From Takakia lepidozioides (Eukaryota; Plantae; Bryophyta): a stretch of 64,000 nt of DNA. Each line of letters opens with the position of its first letter. Position 1 is the first letter of the stretch. The stretch is from positions 69,006,001-69,070,000 of the forward strand of contig CM060733.1 in assembly GCA_030704615.1 (NCBI GenBank), written 5' to 3'. The position numbers and the translations under genes are program-made. Under the pieces are notes generated by a model, which saw only the letters and a program-made list of their open reading frames with translations, did not search any database and was not told the origin of the DNA. This document shows positions 13,850 through 26,719 of the stretch, piece by piece.

Positions 13850-14611
13850 GAAGGCACAGTAGAAGGAAGAACTGAGAAGAGAGTGCAGCTTTGACACATG
13901 ACGGGATGTCCGGCATCACCGTGACATAAAGAGAGAAGACATCATTGGAAACATATGTACTTTTGTTACGACACGATCATGATCTGGAATAGAAATGCAG
14001 CAGGTCTGCCTATGCATTGAGAAGGAACTTGTGTTGCGGGTCACTAGCCCAGAGTTGCATCCACTAGTGAGTGTCATATGGGTACTTAGAGCTTAGATCT
14101 AACGAGTTGACGTGCAAGAACATGATAAACCCTGCGACAGTAAAAAGGGGAACACGGTAGCGGGCCAAACTGATAGAGGGAGGCTCCAAGTGTAGAGAAA
14201 AGAGAAAGGAAAAGAGTATCGAGGGCATGTACTTAGAGCCATGTGGAGATGAACTGAAAGGATAACAACGAGTCCACGGTGGGTTGCACACGCTGCCTAG
14301 CGAAGGCCATAAATCAATCGATCGTGATCACGGAATGGCGACATGGTGACAAACCAAGCGAGATGACAAAGTGCAGGTGCCACGGGAGCGGGGCCAACGT
14401 GGGGTCCCGACATCTTTTCTGAACATCCGCCACGGGCCTGTGAACGGAATGGTTGAAGGGATAAAGAGGGTGAAAAAAACCATTTAAGCGGTCTAGTCTA
14501 GATGTTTTCCTGCTTCCGTTGCGGCTCATGTAGCATCAAAACTGGACTAACGGGTTGTATGATTGAGAGGGAACGTATAGATCTATCCTGGGTGGTGAAA
14601 CAGGGCCCCCA
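13850..14611 (+). mobile_element. Putative 5' LTR (3' part) of a second LTR retrotransposon
   Basis: Non-coding, ends ...GGGCCCCCA immediately before a PBS; 5' boundary unresolved (may extend to ~11697 with a nested insertion). Confidence 0.5.
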
Positions 14612-14615
14612 TTTT

Positions 14616-14627
14616 TGGTATCAGAGC
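14616..14627 (+). promoter_or_regulatory. Primer-binding site (initiator tRNA-Met)
   Basis: TGGTATCAGAGC 4 nt after a CA end. Confidence 0.8.
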
Positions 14628-16269
14628 TACGGATCATGGCCATTCGAGTTCAAGCTGGCGGACCAGAGGGCTGCCGATTTGGTATCACAATGGATGCACA
14701 GTTCTAACTATACTACTCAAGGGCCAAATATTGGTGACTTGGTTTTACGTATAAAAAGTTTCGGTCGCATCTCATTTGCAGGTTTGAATCTGCTGTCTCC
14801 TTACTGTACACCAGGGGATATATCAATTTGAATTGTGCACACGGGAGGTGGTATGTACGCTAAAACATGGATTCTATGTCATGATAGGCACACTTGGGCA
14901 GATGCAGAAATAGATGCGATAGACCACACTAGTCATGTCCGATCAGTCCATTTCGGACGACGAGTCTGAGTTTTGAAATCACCCGAGAGCATACACTAGA
15001 AGACGTAGATCCCAAGTTGGCAGCACTGCATAGGCTTCCCGAACCCGAGGATATCTTTGTGGATCTTAGGCCAATTGGCAACACTAGGTACACACCACAA
15101 CAGATCCCGGCTTTTACGTCTGTTATTTTCCAGTCATATCAGCCTTTTATGACTGCATGACTGCCCAGTCAGATAAACCCAGTCAGTTGTGACAAATGAG
15201 TCGTAAGCACCATAGAGTCGTATCTGCCAGTCGTGGAGCTCACTGTTGACGTGGCAACGAGGACGCCTAATCATAGTCATTGATAAGACCATAGTAAATG
15301 ACTGCGAATCCATGTCAGCTTCACGTGGAACGGAAAGGATATGCCACATGTCACGTCAAAGGGAAGGCGACAGGGTCTTCACGACTGGCATATACGACTT
15401 CCGCGGATTAACCCCAGGACAACACGTGGAGAATATCGGGAACAACACGTGGCATGACAGGGTGAGGAGAGGGGGTCTTCCAAGACTGGCATATATGACT
15501 ACACGTGGAGAATATGGGACATGACACGTGGCATGACAATGTGGAGCGGGGGGGTCTTTTGTGACTGGCATATACGACTACGGACGTTTAATCCCAGGTC
15601 CACACGTGGAGTCAAATTATGCAGGATGGGGGATGGTCGTTATGACTGGAACATATGACTTCCATGGCGCACTCTGGATACTGCACATGGCACGAATATG
15701 GGCGAACACGAGGGGTGAAAGTGGCACGTGGTGGAGGCTTTGTGGATGGGAGGTAGTCGTGCACATGACCGTAGTCATGGGCCTGACTCTAGCAGCATTG
15801 AAACATGAAAGCAACATTGAAAGCACATGAAAACACCATTGAAACATGAAAGCACATTTGAAATTCGAACATCGATTCAAATACAACGTGACTTAATGTT
15901 CAGAGATCTGTTCCATAATCTAATCTGGTGCTGCTACAAAAATGCACAAAGCTGCAAAGTCTAAGTAGACTTCCAAAAGCCCGAGCAGAAGATGCATACA
16001 CTGGCTTGGCCGGACTTGGTCACCCACCTTCAACTGCCATCCAGCCCGAAAACGGCAGAAGATACTTGAGCAAGCTTTCAGGCAATATAATAGCAACAAC
16101 AACATTGACATATGTGAAACAAACTAACATCGCTAAGAATGTCTAAGCACCATTACACAAACTCGATGTGTGCAAAATGGAGAATTGTAGGTAGGGAACC
16201 CTTACCCCATTCTGGCAGTCAAGGACTGGAGGTTTGGGAGTTGTCAAGTGCTGACAGGTAGCGCGGTGG

Positions 16270-16800
16270 CTGCAAGCATCGCATTCCACGACACCACATC
16301 TCATTCAACCATAGTATTGAACACTCCCCCACATTTGGCATACATGTCCACCAGGGCAGTGTTCATAATGATATCTGGTAATTGTCAGGCATACACCTTT
16401 TTGCCTCGATTGTCCCACCATTGACTGGGGTCAAAAAAGAATTCATTCCATAGCTTGTCCTCATCTCTGTTACCTATTTTTGGATACTTTCCTGTTTAGT
16501 CACATTGGCAGTGTCATGTCAAAGTCACTCCAAACTACATTCACTCAACCAGCTAACTTGCAGAATTCAACATAGAAATTTAGGGCCCATTCTGATAAGA
16601 GGGAAAAACAGGGTCTCCACAGGGAATCATAGGTAATCTGGAGCTTGAAATCCGGCCCTCTTGGATGAATCTGCACCCATTCTCTATCCCTGCACCTTTA
16701 GCTATCCATGCCCAGGAGGGTATTGTTCAGAATCACATCTAGCACAATTCCAGCTTTGGTGATGCAACCATGCACCTCTTTACACACATGACAAGCTGGT
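16270..16800 (-). pseudogene. PPR gene fragments interleaved with an unidentified segment
   Basis: CKEVHGCITKAGIVLDVILNNTLLGM; NTALVDMYAKCG. Confidence 0.75.
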
Positions 16801-16874
16801 GAGATTTGTAGAGTTCTACAGACCATGTTACAAGGCAAGCAATTGCATATGTGTACTCTCGAGTTACAAAACTG

Positions 16875-17775
16875 TGTGGTCAAGTTTTTACTCCTCCCAC
16901 CAGGACTCCTACCCCCTCTCTTGCAGCATCCATGGAATCGCTGCCAGACTCGGGACACCATCCCGAGGATGAGCATGCTGCTCCTATTATTGTTACCCAG
17001 TACGGCATCCCAGTCGTGGAGCGAGATGTGTCGGCCTTGCAGCGGAGAATTGCAGGGACTCGTCCGTCATTTTGTGGCAAATGTTGTACTGTTCGTGTCG
17101 ACACCAACCAGAGATGCAATGAGATCATTCGGAGGAGCCTGCAGGGCGATGTGCTTGCCCCTTGCTTCACAGGGAGATTTGTGTGCGCAAAGTTTGTGGA
17201 GACACAACATCATCTAGTTCTACAGGCACGACATCATGTCGTGTGTGTTTGGTAAGCCCAAGTATGGTGTACAAGGCATGCCTGAACCACCAGTAGTCTG
17301 GCCTGTGGCAACTGGTACAGATCTTACCCTGGAGGAGGCAGACGCTCTAGGATGTGCAGGGTTTCGTCTGGTGGAGAGGACAGACGTTCCTCGAAATCCA
17401 ATTCCCAGTCGTCATCCTCCTCCCACAAGAAACTCTTCACCCCGCATACCGGTGGGTGACCCCGCAGCTTGGCCCACCCATCGGTGGGGGAAACTGAAAA
17501 GACGGCGGCCACCATCAAAGGCGAATGACACCATGATGGCCAACGCTCTTGCAATGCCCTGCATAGTGCAAGGTTGCAGGGATGTTCCTCACCCCCGGGA
17601 TGTGGCGCATATTTCAGTTGTCAACAGCTGGGTCCGCTGCGCGCAGTGTCGTGTATGCAATCACAGTTTCTCAGTACCCAGCCTGCAACTGTGAGGACTT
17701 CCTTGTTATGGAATTGAAGAACGCAGCATACGTCCCCTGCAAACATCTGTATTACATTTTTCTGAAGCGCATGAG
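16875..17775 (+). pseudogene. Mutator-like transposase C-terminal fragment with SWIM finger
   Basis: GKCCTVRVDTNQRC, CVFGKPKYG, PACNCEDF...PCKHLYYIF; homologous to 56499-57400. Confidence 0.85.
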
Positions 17776-18399
17776 GTGCATATCCGCAAACGTTATGTCG
17801 GCGGCCTTCACCCCTTCCCCCAGAGGTTAGCTATTTCATGAGCATGAGCGGCATGAGCGGAGTAGTAAGACAATCGGTTTTCATGAGAAGAAGTACAAAT
17901 TTCGAAAATAAAAAACAATAAAAAACAATAATTTAATGCAATGTGTCAGGAAAAACAAATATATTATTCGGCCCCTTGAAGGGAAAATTGTAGTTTTGAC
18001 AGTTGTGCTCATGATATTTTGTCTTCCGCTCATGCCAATTCCCAGCGACATGTGCAAATATGGCGCCGAATTTCGCAGTAATAGGGTCCGTAACCTGAAA
18101 AAAACGGCGACGTATTTCGCGGTAATAGGTCTCTCTGGCGAAAAATGGTGCCGAATTCCGCGGCTATAGGTCCCCTCATGACAGGTAATTCGGCGCCATT
18201 TTTCCAGTGCATGTTCGGACTTAGCCAGTTTTCGGCGCAAAATAGGGAAATTTGGCGCCATTTTCCCAGACACTATACCAGTGCATGTTGGGACTTAGCC
18301 AGTTTTCGGCCCAAAAAAAAGAAATTCGGCGCCATTTTTTCCAGACACGGTACCAGTGCATGTTGGGACTTAGCCAGTTTCGGCCCAAAAAAGAGAAAC

Positions 18400-20231
18400 G
18401 GTGCCTCTCTGAAATCTGGCGCCACGAGCCTGGTTGTGTACTGCGAAAGGCTCTGCAGAAAATGGAACCCACAAGATCTCTCCTTGCCTTCCATGGGAAC
18501 ATTGGGGTCTTGCCCGTACACCCTTCGGATGCAGCCCAATTTGCTTGTGCGTTGTCCGCCATGAAACCACGGAAATTGGGAGGGGCAATCCCCCCTTGGC
18601 CATCTGTTCGTTTTTCCCTGCCAAAGAAGCATCTCCGATTGTGTGTCCTCTCCTTTCATCTCACAAATAGCAATTGTCATTAGCATCCTGCAGTGGGTGT
18701 CGTAGACATGTGCACCCATTGTCACCCACTGGTGATTTGTAATTCGCTTGATATGGTCGAACATGACCCAACTGTTTGACAAGTCCCCACTCGTCATCCT
18801 GTCGACCAGTTCGACGCCGCTGCCAGGTCCACACGTGGACATTTTGAATACGAAACAACGATCTGCCTCAGTCCCTTGTCATGAAACCTACTTCCATGAA
18901 TGTAGTCATATCCACATCGTTGCTTCACCTCCAGAATGGAGTGCATATCCGAGCCACCCCAATTTTCTGTTTGCATGAGACAATGTGGTTTCGGACATTC
19001 GGTGAACATACGTGGGACACCGACTCCAGCAATGCCTCCATTTCCTTCTCATCGAGAGGAACTCTATCGGAGCCGTCTTCCACATAATTCTGGCCAATGC
19101 CATCTTATGGGCGGCTTGGAGCTGTATCTGTTTGGGTTTGGCACCCGGTCTCAACTTAACCTCCTCCTGAACGAGCTGCTCTGCCTCGTGGGCAGCCTCC
19201 CGCGAGTTCCCCCTCGCCAATTTGTGACAATGGGAACCAACGTGTATGCAAGCTCGGGTGAGGTCAGGGAAACGGTGCAACACATAGAACTGCTTGGCAT
19301 TACAAACAGACATGCAGTGTGGTGGTTCTTTGCAATGCGCACACTTAAATGTGGAGTTCGAACCTTCTCCTGAGCTCGAAATGGTTGATGAGCTGTGCCT
19401 GTCCAATCGGTCTCGTTCCTGTGACCTCTGGATTTAAAGTGGAAGCAAGTTGGGGAGAAACACCGCAACGCGCCCGCACAAACAACGTAGCGCACCCGCA
19501 CACCATCGAGCATCTTCATGCTGGTGGTTTTGGTAACGCACCAAGGATGACCGTCATGTTTTCTATCCATATCTGTCAACATTCCGGACGCCCTCGAGTA
19601 GTCCGCCCGAGGAGGGAACTCAAAGAAGATATACCGTCGACGTCGGCGGAAGGCATGTAACCGATTTAATTGCGAACTTGCTGTAGTCCAGCCCGGCCAG
19701 CTCCGACCGGTGTCCCTCCAGGTGAAGCCCTCGCAGAATTTCAAGAATAGATCGAACTGCGGTGCTCGTGCTGGGAATATGACTCCCTCCTCCACTGACG
19801 TCCATTGAGGACTTGCCTGATCTCCAGGACGACCTCGGAACTTCCATGACCTCGTCTGAGTCGGACAGGTTGTGAACAACCCGGTTCTCGCTCGTCTTCA
19901 TGGATGGGTTCGGCTCTGGATTTACTTCGTTGCGGACTTCTCTCTTTGAGGTAGCCACTCTCTGATTCGCGGATTGTTTCGTGGAAGGCGCCAGGATAGA
20001 AGGTGCATTTGGCGGGCAAATGAAGTCCCCAACAGCCCTGTATATGACGCTGTCCGATGGTGGAACTCGCCATTCCCTGCCATCGCCGAAATCATCGTGG
20101 AGCACAACAATACTCTCGACAACAAGGCCGTTTGAGTCCTTCCTTTCCTCCTCCAAAAAAACCGACCCGGTTTCAGGTGGTATCGAACGCACAGATATTT
20201 CTCCATCACCCGGCAGATGTCCCCTCTGCAC
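18400..20231 (-). pseudogene. Mutator-like transposase N-terminal half (GCM/WRKY-like domain + first two DDE residues)
   Basis: DGHPWCVTKTT..CAGALRC..C..CAHC..C..IHVGSHCH; WVMFDH, FMADN, CGFHF; frameshifts; C-terminal half deleted. Confidence 0.85.
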
Positions 20232-20569
20232 GGAAATGAAGCTCTATGCTCGTGAGGAGGGCAGTACACTGTAGCGCTCGGGTTTTCCGCCATGGGAGAT
20301 GTGCACACAGACTGCCAGGATGGCGTGCGGGGCCCTGGTAGAAGGGGGATGCAGCGATGGGAAGGAATGCGGTGCCGATTTGTCCGAGCGACGAAGCCTG
20401 ATCCAAATCAAAAATCCACAGTCAGAGTGTTAATGAACCTTGTCTCCGGAATGCGGCCCCTGGTCTTTGCGCAATAACTGCCAACGGTATGCAGTCAGAA
20501 AGTGGGGGGCCGTCCGGATGATGTCGGCTGAAGGGGAAGCCGGCACCGTGCCGTCACATTACTACTACC

Positions 20570-21850
20570 CCCGAATGGAAATTCGGCACCCAATATCCAA
20601 CAGGGGCCGCACGGATGAAGTCGTCTGGGGCAGAGATGCCGGCACCTGTCCGACAGAGAACATCCCCCGGATGGAAATTCAGCGCCGAATTTCCATTCGG
20701 ATCCCCCAAAGGAAGTCCTGTCGGGGGGTTACGCCGAAAACTGGCCGACATAAAAACCTCCGCGGATGGAAAAATGGCGCCGAATTTCCATCCGAGGCCT
20801 TTCGGATGCAGTCGGCTCAGGGGAAAGGCCGCCATCTGGCCCTCACATTACAACCCCGGACGGAAATTCGGCACCGAATATACAACAGGGGAAGCCCGGA
20901 TGAAGTCGCCTCGGGCGCAGAGGCCGGCGTGTGTGCGACAGAGAATCCCCTGGATGGAGATTCGGCGCAATTTCATCCGGGCCCCCCCAAAGGAAGTCGT
21001 GTCGGGGGGTCAGGCCGAAAACTGGCCGCAATAAAACATCCCCAGATGGAAAAACGGCGCCGAATTTCCATCCGGGGCGGTTTGGATGCAGTCGGGAGGG
21101 GGGAGAGGCCGGCACCTGGCCGTCACATTTCAACCCCCAGACGGAAATTCGGCACCGAATATCCAACAGGGGACGCCCGGATGAAGTCGCCTCGGGCGTA
21201 GAGGTCGGCACGTGTTCGACAGAGAGCATCCCCTGGATGGAGATTCGGCGCCGAATTTCCATCCGGGCCCCCCCAAAGAAGTCGTGTCGGGGGGTCAGCC
21301 AAAACTGGCCGACATAAAAACCTCCCCAGATGAAAAAACGGCGCCGAATTTCCATCCGGGGCGGTTCGGATGCAGTCGGGGAGGGGGGAGAGGCCGGCAC
21401 CTGGCCGTCACATTTCAACCCCCGGACGGAAATTCGGCACCGAATATCCAACAGGGGACGCCCGGATGAAGTCGCCTCGGGCGTAGAGGCCGGCACGTGT
21501 TCGACAGAGAGCATCCCCTGGATGGAGATTTGGCGCCAAATTTCCATCCGGGCCCCCCCAAAGGAAGTCGTGTCGGGGATCAGGCCGAAAACTGGCCGAC
21601 ATAAAAACCTCCCCAGATGGAAAAAGGCGCGCCGAATTTCCATCCGGGTCGTTCCAATGCAGTCGGGAGGGGGGAGAGGCCGGCACCTGGCCGTCATATT
21701 TCAACCTTCGGCACCGAATCCATAGAGCGGCGGAGAGGCCGGCACCTCTCCGATAGAGACCATCCCCCGGATGGAAATTCGGCGCCGAATTTCCATCGGG
21801 GCCCCCTTAAAGGAAGTCGCAGAAACCTCCCAGAATGGAAAAAGGCGCCG
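20570..21850. repeat. Tandem array of ~284-bp units, each with three GGAAATTCGGCGCCGAATTTCC-type palindromes
   Basis: Unit starts near 20577, 20862, 21143, 21428. Confidence 0.9.
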
Positions 21851-21979
21851 AATTTTCGTCCGAGGCTGTTCCGATTTGCCTCTAGCAGTGAAGGATTCCA
21901 AGAAAAATCCGAAAAATCAATCGGACACGCTCAGAATTACCTGCAGGAAGGTAATTCAGCGCTTCGAAATTCCTGGTGA

Positions 21980-22680
21980 ATGGAAATTCGGCGCCGAATA
22001 TCCATACGCTAGCGATCCGACTTACCTGCTGGATGGAAATTCGGCGTCGGATTTCCATCCACCCGGGATTCGAATTACCTGCAGGATGGAAATTCGGCGC
22101 CGGATTTCCATCCACCTGGGATTCGAGTTACCTGCAGGATGGAAATTCGGCGCCGGATCTCCATCCATCCGCTCTCCGACCAACCTTGCGGATGGAAATC
22201 CGGCGCCGGATTTCCATCCATCCGCTTCGGAATTACCTGCGTGAGGGAAATTTCGCACGCCGCCCTACCTGCGCCGATGGAAATCCGGCGTTGGATTTCC
22301 ATCCATCCGCTTCGGAATTACCTGCGTGAGGGAAATTTGGCGCGCCGCCCTACCGAATTTGCAGCGCCGACTTACCTGGAGGATGGAAATCCGACGCCGG
22401 ATTTCCATCCATCCGCGCTCCGAATTACCTGCATGATGGAAATTTTGCGCGCCGACCTACCTGGCGGATGGAAATCCGGCGCTGGATTTCCATCCATCCG
22501 CGAATTACGCATGACGGAAATTTTCGCGCCGACTAAGCTGGCGGATGGAAATCTGGCGCCGGATTTCCATCCATCCGCTCTTCGAATTACCTGCATGACG
22601 GAAATTTTGCGCGCCGACTTACCTGGCGGATGGAAATCCGGTGCCGGATTTCCATCCATCCGCTCTTCGAATTACCTGCA
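21980..22680. repeat. Array of 30-bp palindromes GGATGGAAATCCGGCGCCGGATTTCCATCC
   Basis: About ten copies with short related spacers (GAATTACCTGC). Confidence 0.9.
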
Positions 22681-22684
22681 AGAC

Positions 22685-22941
22685 TGGAAAAATGGCGCCG
22701 AATTTCCGATTTTGGTGCCAGTCAGATCTGGGACTCAGCCATTTTCGGCCCCAAACTGGAAAAATGGCACCGTAAAAGGGGAAAAACAAAAAAAACAAAA
22801 AAAAAAAACGCCATTTTTCCAGTTCGGGCCGAAAACGGCTAAGTCCCAGATCTGACTGGCACCCAAAATCGGAAATTCGGCGCCGTTTTTCCAGTTCTGG
22901 GACTTAGCCATTTTCGGCCCCGAACTAGAAAAATGGCGCAG

Positions 22942-22979
<38 letters not shown>

Positions 22980-25380
22980 GCCATTTTTCTAGTTTGGGGC
23001 CGAAAACGGCTAAGTCCCAGATCTGACTGGCACCAAATCGGAAATTCGGCGCCGTTCCAGTTCTGGGCCCAGTCAGATCTAAGACTTAGCCATTTTCGGC
23101 CCCGAACTGGAAAAATGGCGCCGAAAAAATAAAATAAAAAATAAAATAAAACGCCATTTTTCCAGTTCGGGGCTGAAAACGGCTAAGTCCCAGATGTGAC
23201 TGGCACCCAAAATCGGAAATTCGGCGCCATTTTGCAGTTCTCGGCCCAGTCAGATTTGGGACTTAGCCATTTTCGGACCCGAACTAGAAAAATGGCGCCG
23301 AAAAAAAGAAAAAAAGAAACGCCATTTTTCTAGTTTGGGGCCGAAAACGGCTAAGTCCAAGATCTGACTGGCACCCAAAATCGGAAATTCGGCGCCGTTT
23401 TTGTAGTTCTGGGCCCAGTCAGATCTGGGACTTAGCCATTTTCGGCCCCGAGCTGGAAAAATGGCACCGAAAAAAAATAAAAAATAAAAAATAAAAATAA
23501 AATAAACGCCATTTTTCTTGTTCGGGGCCGAACGGCTAAGTCCCAGATCTGACTGGCACCCAAAATCGGAAATTCGGCGCCGTTTTTCCAGTTCTGGGCC
23601 CAGTCAGATCTGGGACTTAGACATTTTCGGACCCGAACAAGAAAAATGGCGCCGGATAAAAAAAAAAAAAAAAAAAACGCCATTTTTCCAGTTTGGGGCC
23701 GAAAACGGCTAATTCCCAGATCTGACTGGCACCCAAAATCGGAAATTCGGCGCCGTTTTTCCAGTTCTGGGCCCAATCAGATCTGGGACTTAGCAACTTT
23801 CGGACCCGAACTAGAAAAAGGCGCCGGAAAAAAAAAAAAAAACGCCATTTTTCTAGTTTGGGGCCGAAAACGGCTAAGTCCCAGATCTGACTAGCACCCA
23901 AAATCGGAAATTCGGCACCGTTTTTGCAGTTCTGGGCCCAGTCAGATCTGGGACTTAGCCATTTTCGGCCCCGAACTGGAAAAATGGCACCGAAAAAAAA
24001 AAAAAAAAAAAAAAAAACGCCATTTTTCTTGTTCGGGGCCGAAAACGGCTAGTCCCAGATCTGACTGGCACCCAAAATCGGAAATTCAGCGCATAGTTCT
24101 GGGCCCAGTCAGATCTGGGACTTAGCCATTTTCGGCCCCGAACGGGAAAAATGGCGAAAAAAAAAAAAAAAACGCCATTTTTTCTTTTGGGCCGAAAACG
24201 GCTAAGTCCCAGATCTGACAGGCACCCAAAATCGGAAATTTCGGCGCCGTTTTTCCAGTTCTGGGCCCAGTCAGATCTGGGACTTAGACATTTTCGGACC
24301 CGAACTGGAAAAATGGCGCCGAAAAAAAAAAAAAAAAAAAAAAACGCCATTTTTCTAGTTTGGGGCCGAAAACGGCTGAGTCCCAGATTTGACTGGCACC
24401 CAAAATCGGAAATTCGGCGCCATTTTTCCAGTTCTGGGCCCAGTCAAATCTGGTACTTAGCCATTTTCGGCCCCGATCTGGAAAAATGGCGCCGAAAAAA
24501 AAAGAAAAACAAAACGCCATTTTTCCCGTTCGGGGCCGAAACGGCTAAGTCCCAGATCTGACTGGCACCCAAAATCGGAAATTCGGCGCCGTTTTTCCAG
24601 TTCTGGGCCCAGTCAGATCTGGGACTTAGCCATTTTCGGCCCCGAACTGGAAAAATGGCGCCGAAAAAAAAAAAAAAAAAAAAAAAAAATCTTTTTTCCA
24701 GTTCGGGGCCGAAAACGGCTAAGTCCCAGATCTGACTGGCACCCAAAATCGGAAATTCGGCGCCATTTTTCGAGTTCGGGGCCTAGTCAGATCTGGGACT
24801 TAGCCATTTTCGGCCCCGAAAATGGCTAAGTCCCTACGATGGTTGGAACCGCAACTGGAAATTCGGCACCATTTTTCCAGTTCCGCGCCCTATCAGATCT
24901 GGGACTTAGCCATTTTCGGCCCCGAACTGGAAAAATGGCGCCATTTTTCCAGTTCGGGCCGAAAATGGCTAAGTCCCTAGGGTGGCTGGCACCAAAATCG
25001 GAAATTCGGCGCCATTTTTCCTGTTCCGGCCCAGTCAGATCTGGGACTTAGCCATTTTCGGCCCCGAACTGGAAAAATGGCACTGGAAAAAAAACGCCTT
25101 TTTTGCAGTTCGGGGCCGAAAATGGCTAAGTCCCAGATCTGACTGGCACCAAAATCGGAAATTCGGCGCCATTTTTCCAGTTCCGGGCCCAGTCAGATTT
25201 GGGACTTAGCCATTTTCAGCCCCAAATGGAAAAATGGCGCCATTTTTCCAGTTCAGGGCCCCGAAAATGGCTAAGTCCGTAGGGTGGCTGGAACCGCAAC
25301 CGGAATTTTGGCGCCATTTTTCTAGTTCCGCGCCCAGTCAGTTCTGGGACTTAGCCATTTTCGGGCCCAACCTAGGAAAA
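22685..25380. repeat. Satellite-like array of ~170-180-bp self-complementary units with poly(A) loops
   Basis: GGCACCCAAAATCGGAAATTCGGCG recurs ~14 times; GAAAAATGGCG-An-CGCCATTTTTC stems. Confidence 0.9.
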
Positions 25381-25529
25381 TGGTGGCGAAAATGGTTTAC
25401 GAGTGAGTGGTCGCATTGTAAGTTGCCTCCTGATTTTGTGAGGCACCTCCTCTCGCTCTTTTATTTCATTGAAAGACCATTTCTGCTTCCGCTGGTATTG
25501 ACATTCTCAAGTGGATTTGTTCTTACTGT

Positions 25530-25968
25530 AGGAGGGACGTCTACACCGCAGTTCATGGGCAGGAGAAACGTGCATTTTTTTGCCAGGGGGGATTTCATGC
25601 CTAGTCCAGAAAGGGACTACATCCTTCCTACTTATGTTGCCCGGCTTGCTTCGGTGTCCATTAGGAGGTGTTCCGAACCTAGTCGTGTACAGCAGATTTT
25701 AGACGAAGCAAGCCTCAAGAAAATGAAGATGAGGGAGGAGGCAGCAGCTATTAGAGCCCGTCAGGCTCGTAGATTTGTCTTAGATTCAGCTGAGGAAAGT
25801 GGGGGAGAAGATGCAGAAGATTCCCAGGAGGTGAGGTGGACAGTCCCCCAAGAGGACGGGATTTTTGAGAGGCATAGTGGAACTGATGCATCACAGAGCT
25901 CGGAGGATGAGGGGGATGAGGGGATGAGGAAAGGTGGGGCAAGTTCCTCGGAGGGTGTAGGAGAGTAG
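25530..25968 (+). pseudogene. Remnant last exon of the ParB-MTase-like gene inside MULE copy A
   Basis: RRNVHFFARGDFMPSPERDYILPTY...EVRWTVPQEDGIFE is homologous to 49200-49671 RKNVPFFARADFMTSPVMDYSLPSY...EVRWTVPQGEDGIFE. Confidence 0.85.
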
Positions 25969-26719
25969 TGCCCATTCCGGCTATGACAGTTAGAATACAC
26001 TTGTATAGACGTGGCTTGCCACAAAATTTGCAATAAAATGTTGCATTTCAAGTCCACTTGTGTCACATTCCAACTTCACATGACCCTATTTCCGTGCCTC
26101 CTAACCCTATTTCCGTGGACTCACAATGGTCAGATCATGCTTTTTTTTTTTTCGCTCATGCTCATGCCGCTCATGAAATAGCAGCCCCCCTTCCCCCATC
26201 ATTTGCTCAAAGGTTGAAGACTGATCCCTTGGCATCCTCGATGCACCCACATTTGGCATACATGTCCACCAGGGCAGGGGCAATGCTCAGAATGACATCT
26301 GGTAATCTGATAGGCATTCACCTTTTTGCCTCGGTTGTCCCACCATTGTCTGGGGTCAGAAAAATATTCATTCCACAGCTTCTCCTCGTCTCTGTTACCT
26401 ATTTCTGGATACTTTCATGTTGTCACATTGGCAGACGTATCATGTCAAAGTCATTCCAAACTATCCTAGATTCACTCAACCAGCTAACTTGCAGAATTCA
26501 ACATGAAAATTTAGGGCCGATTCTGATAGGAGGGGAAAACAGGGTGGAATGTGTTGAAGAAGGTGCCTTCATCAGCAGTGCCTAATTTTATCAATTGTGC
26601 CGCTGCTGCTGCGGCTTCAAGTTGATTATCTACCCATGCAGGTTTTTTGTATCTATCCTTCCACAGGGAATCATAGGTAATCTAGAGGTTGAAATCTGGA
26701 GCTTGTCCTTGACCTTGTG

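Larger units (their letters stand above)
17823..26189. mobile_element. Complete-ended, internally deleted Mutator-like element (copy A)
   Basis: Left end GAGGTTAGCTATTTCATGAGCATGAGCGG, right end GCTCATGAAATAGCAGCCCCC; 9-bp TSD CTTCCCCCA (17814-17822 / 26190-26198) interrupting a PPR-derived sequence. Confidence 0.9.

Noticed and set aside
11697-13850. Possible solo LTR or nested LTR
   Set aside because: LTR-like composition but no matching termini or TSD could be identified
20440-25250. Many overlapping ORFs in the six-frame track
   Set aside because: Artefacts of stop-poor palindromic repeats (MEIRRRISI, poly-K, poly-F)
20570-25380. CRISPR-like array of palindromic repeats
   Set aside because: Spacers are themselves repeated, the context is a eukaryotic TE, and no cas genes are present
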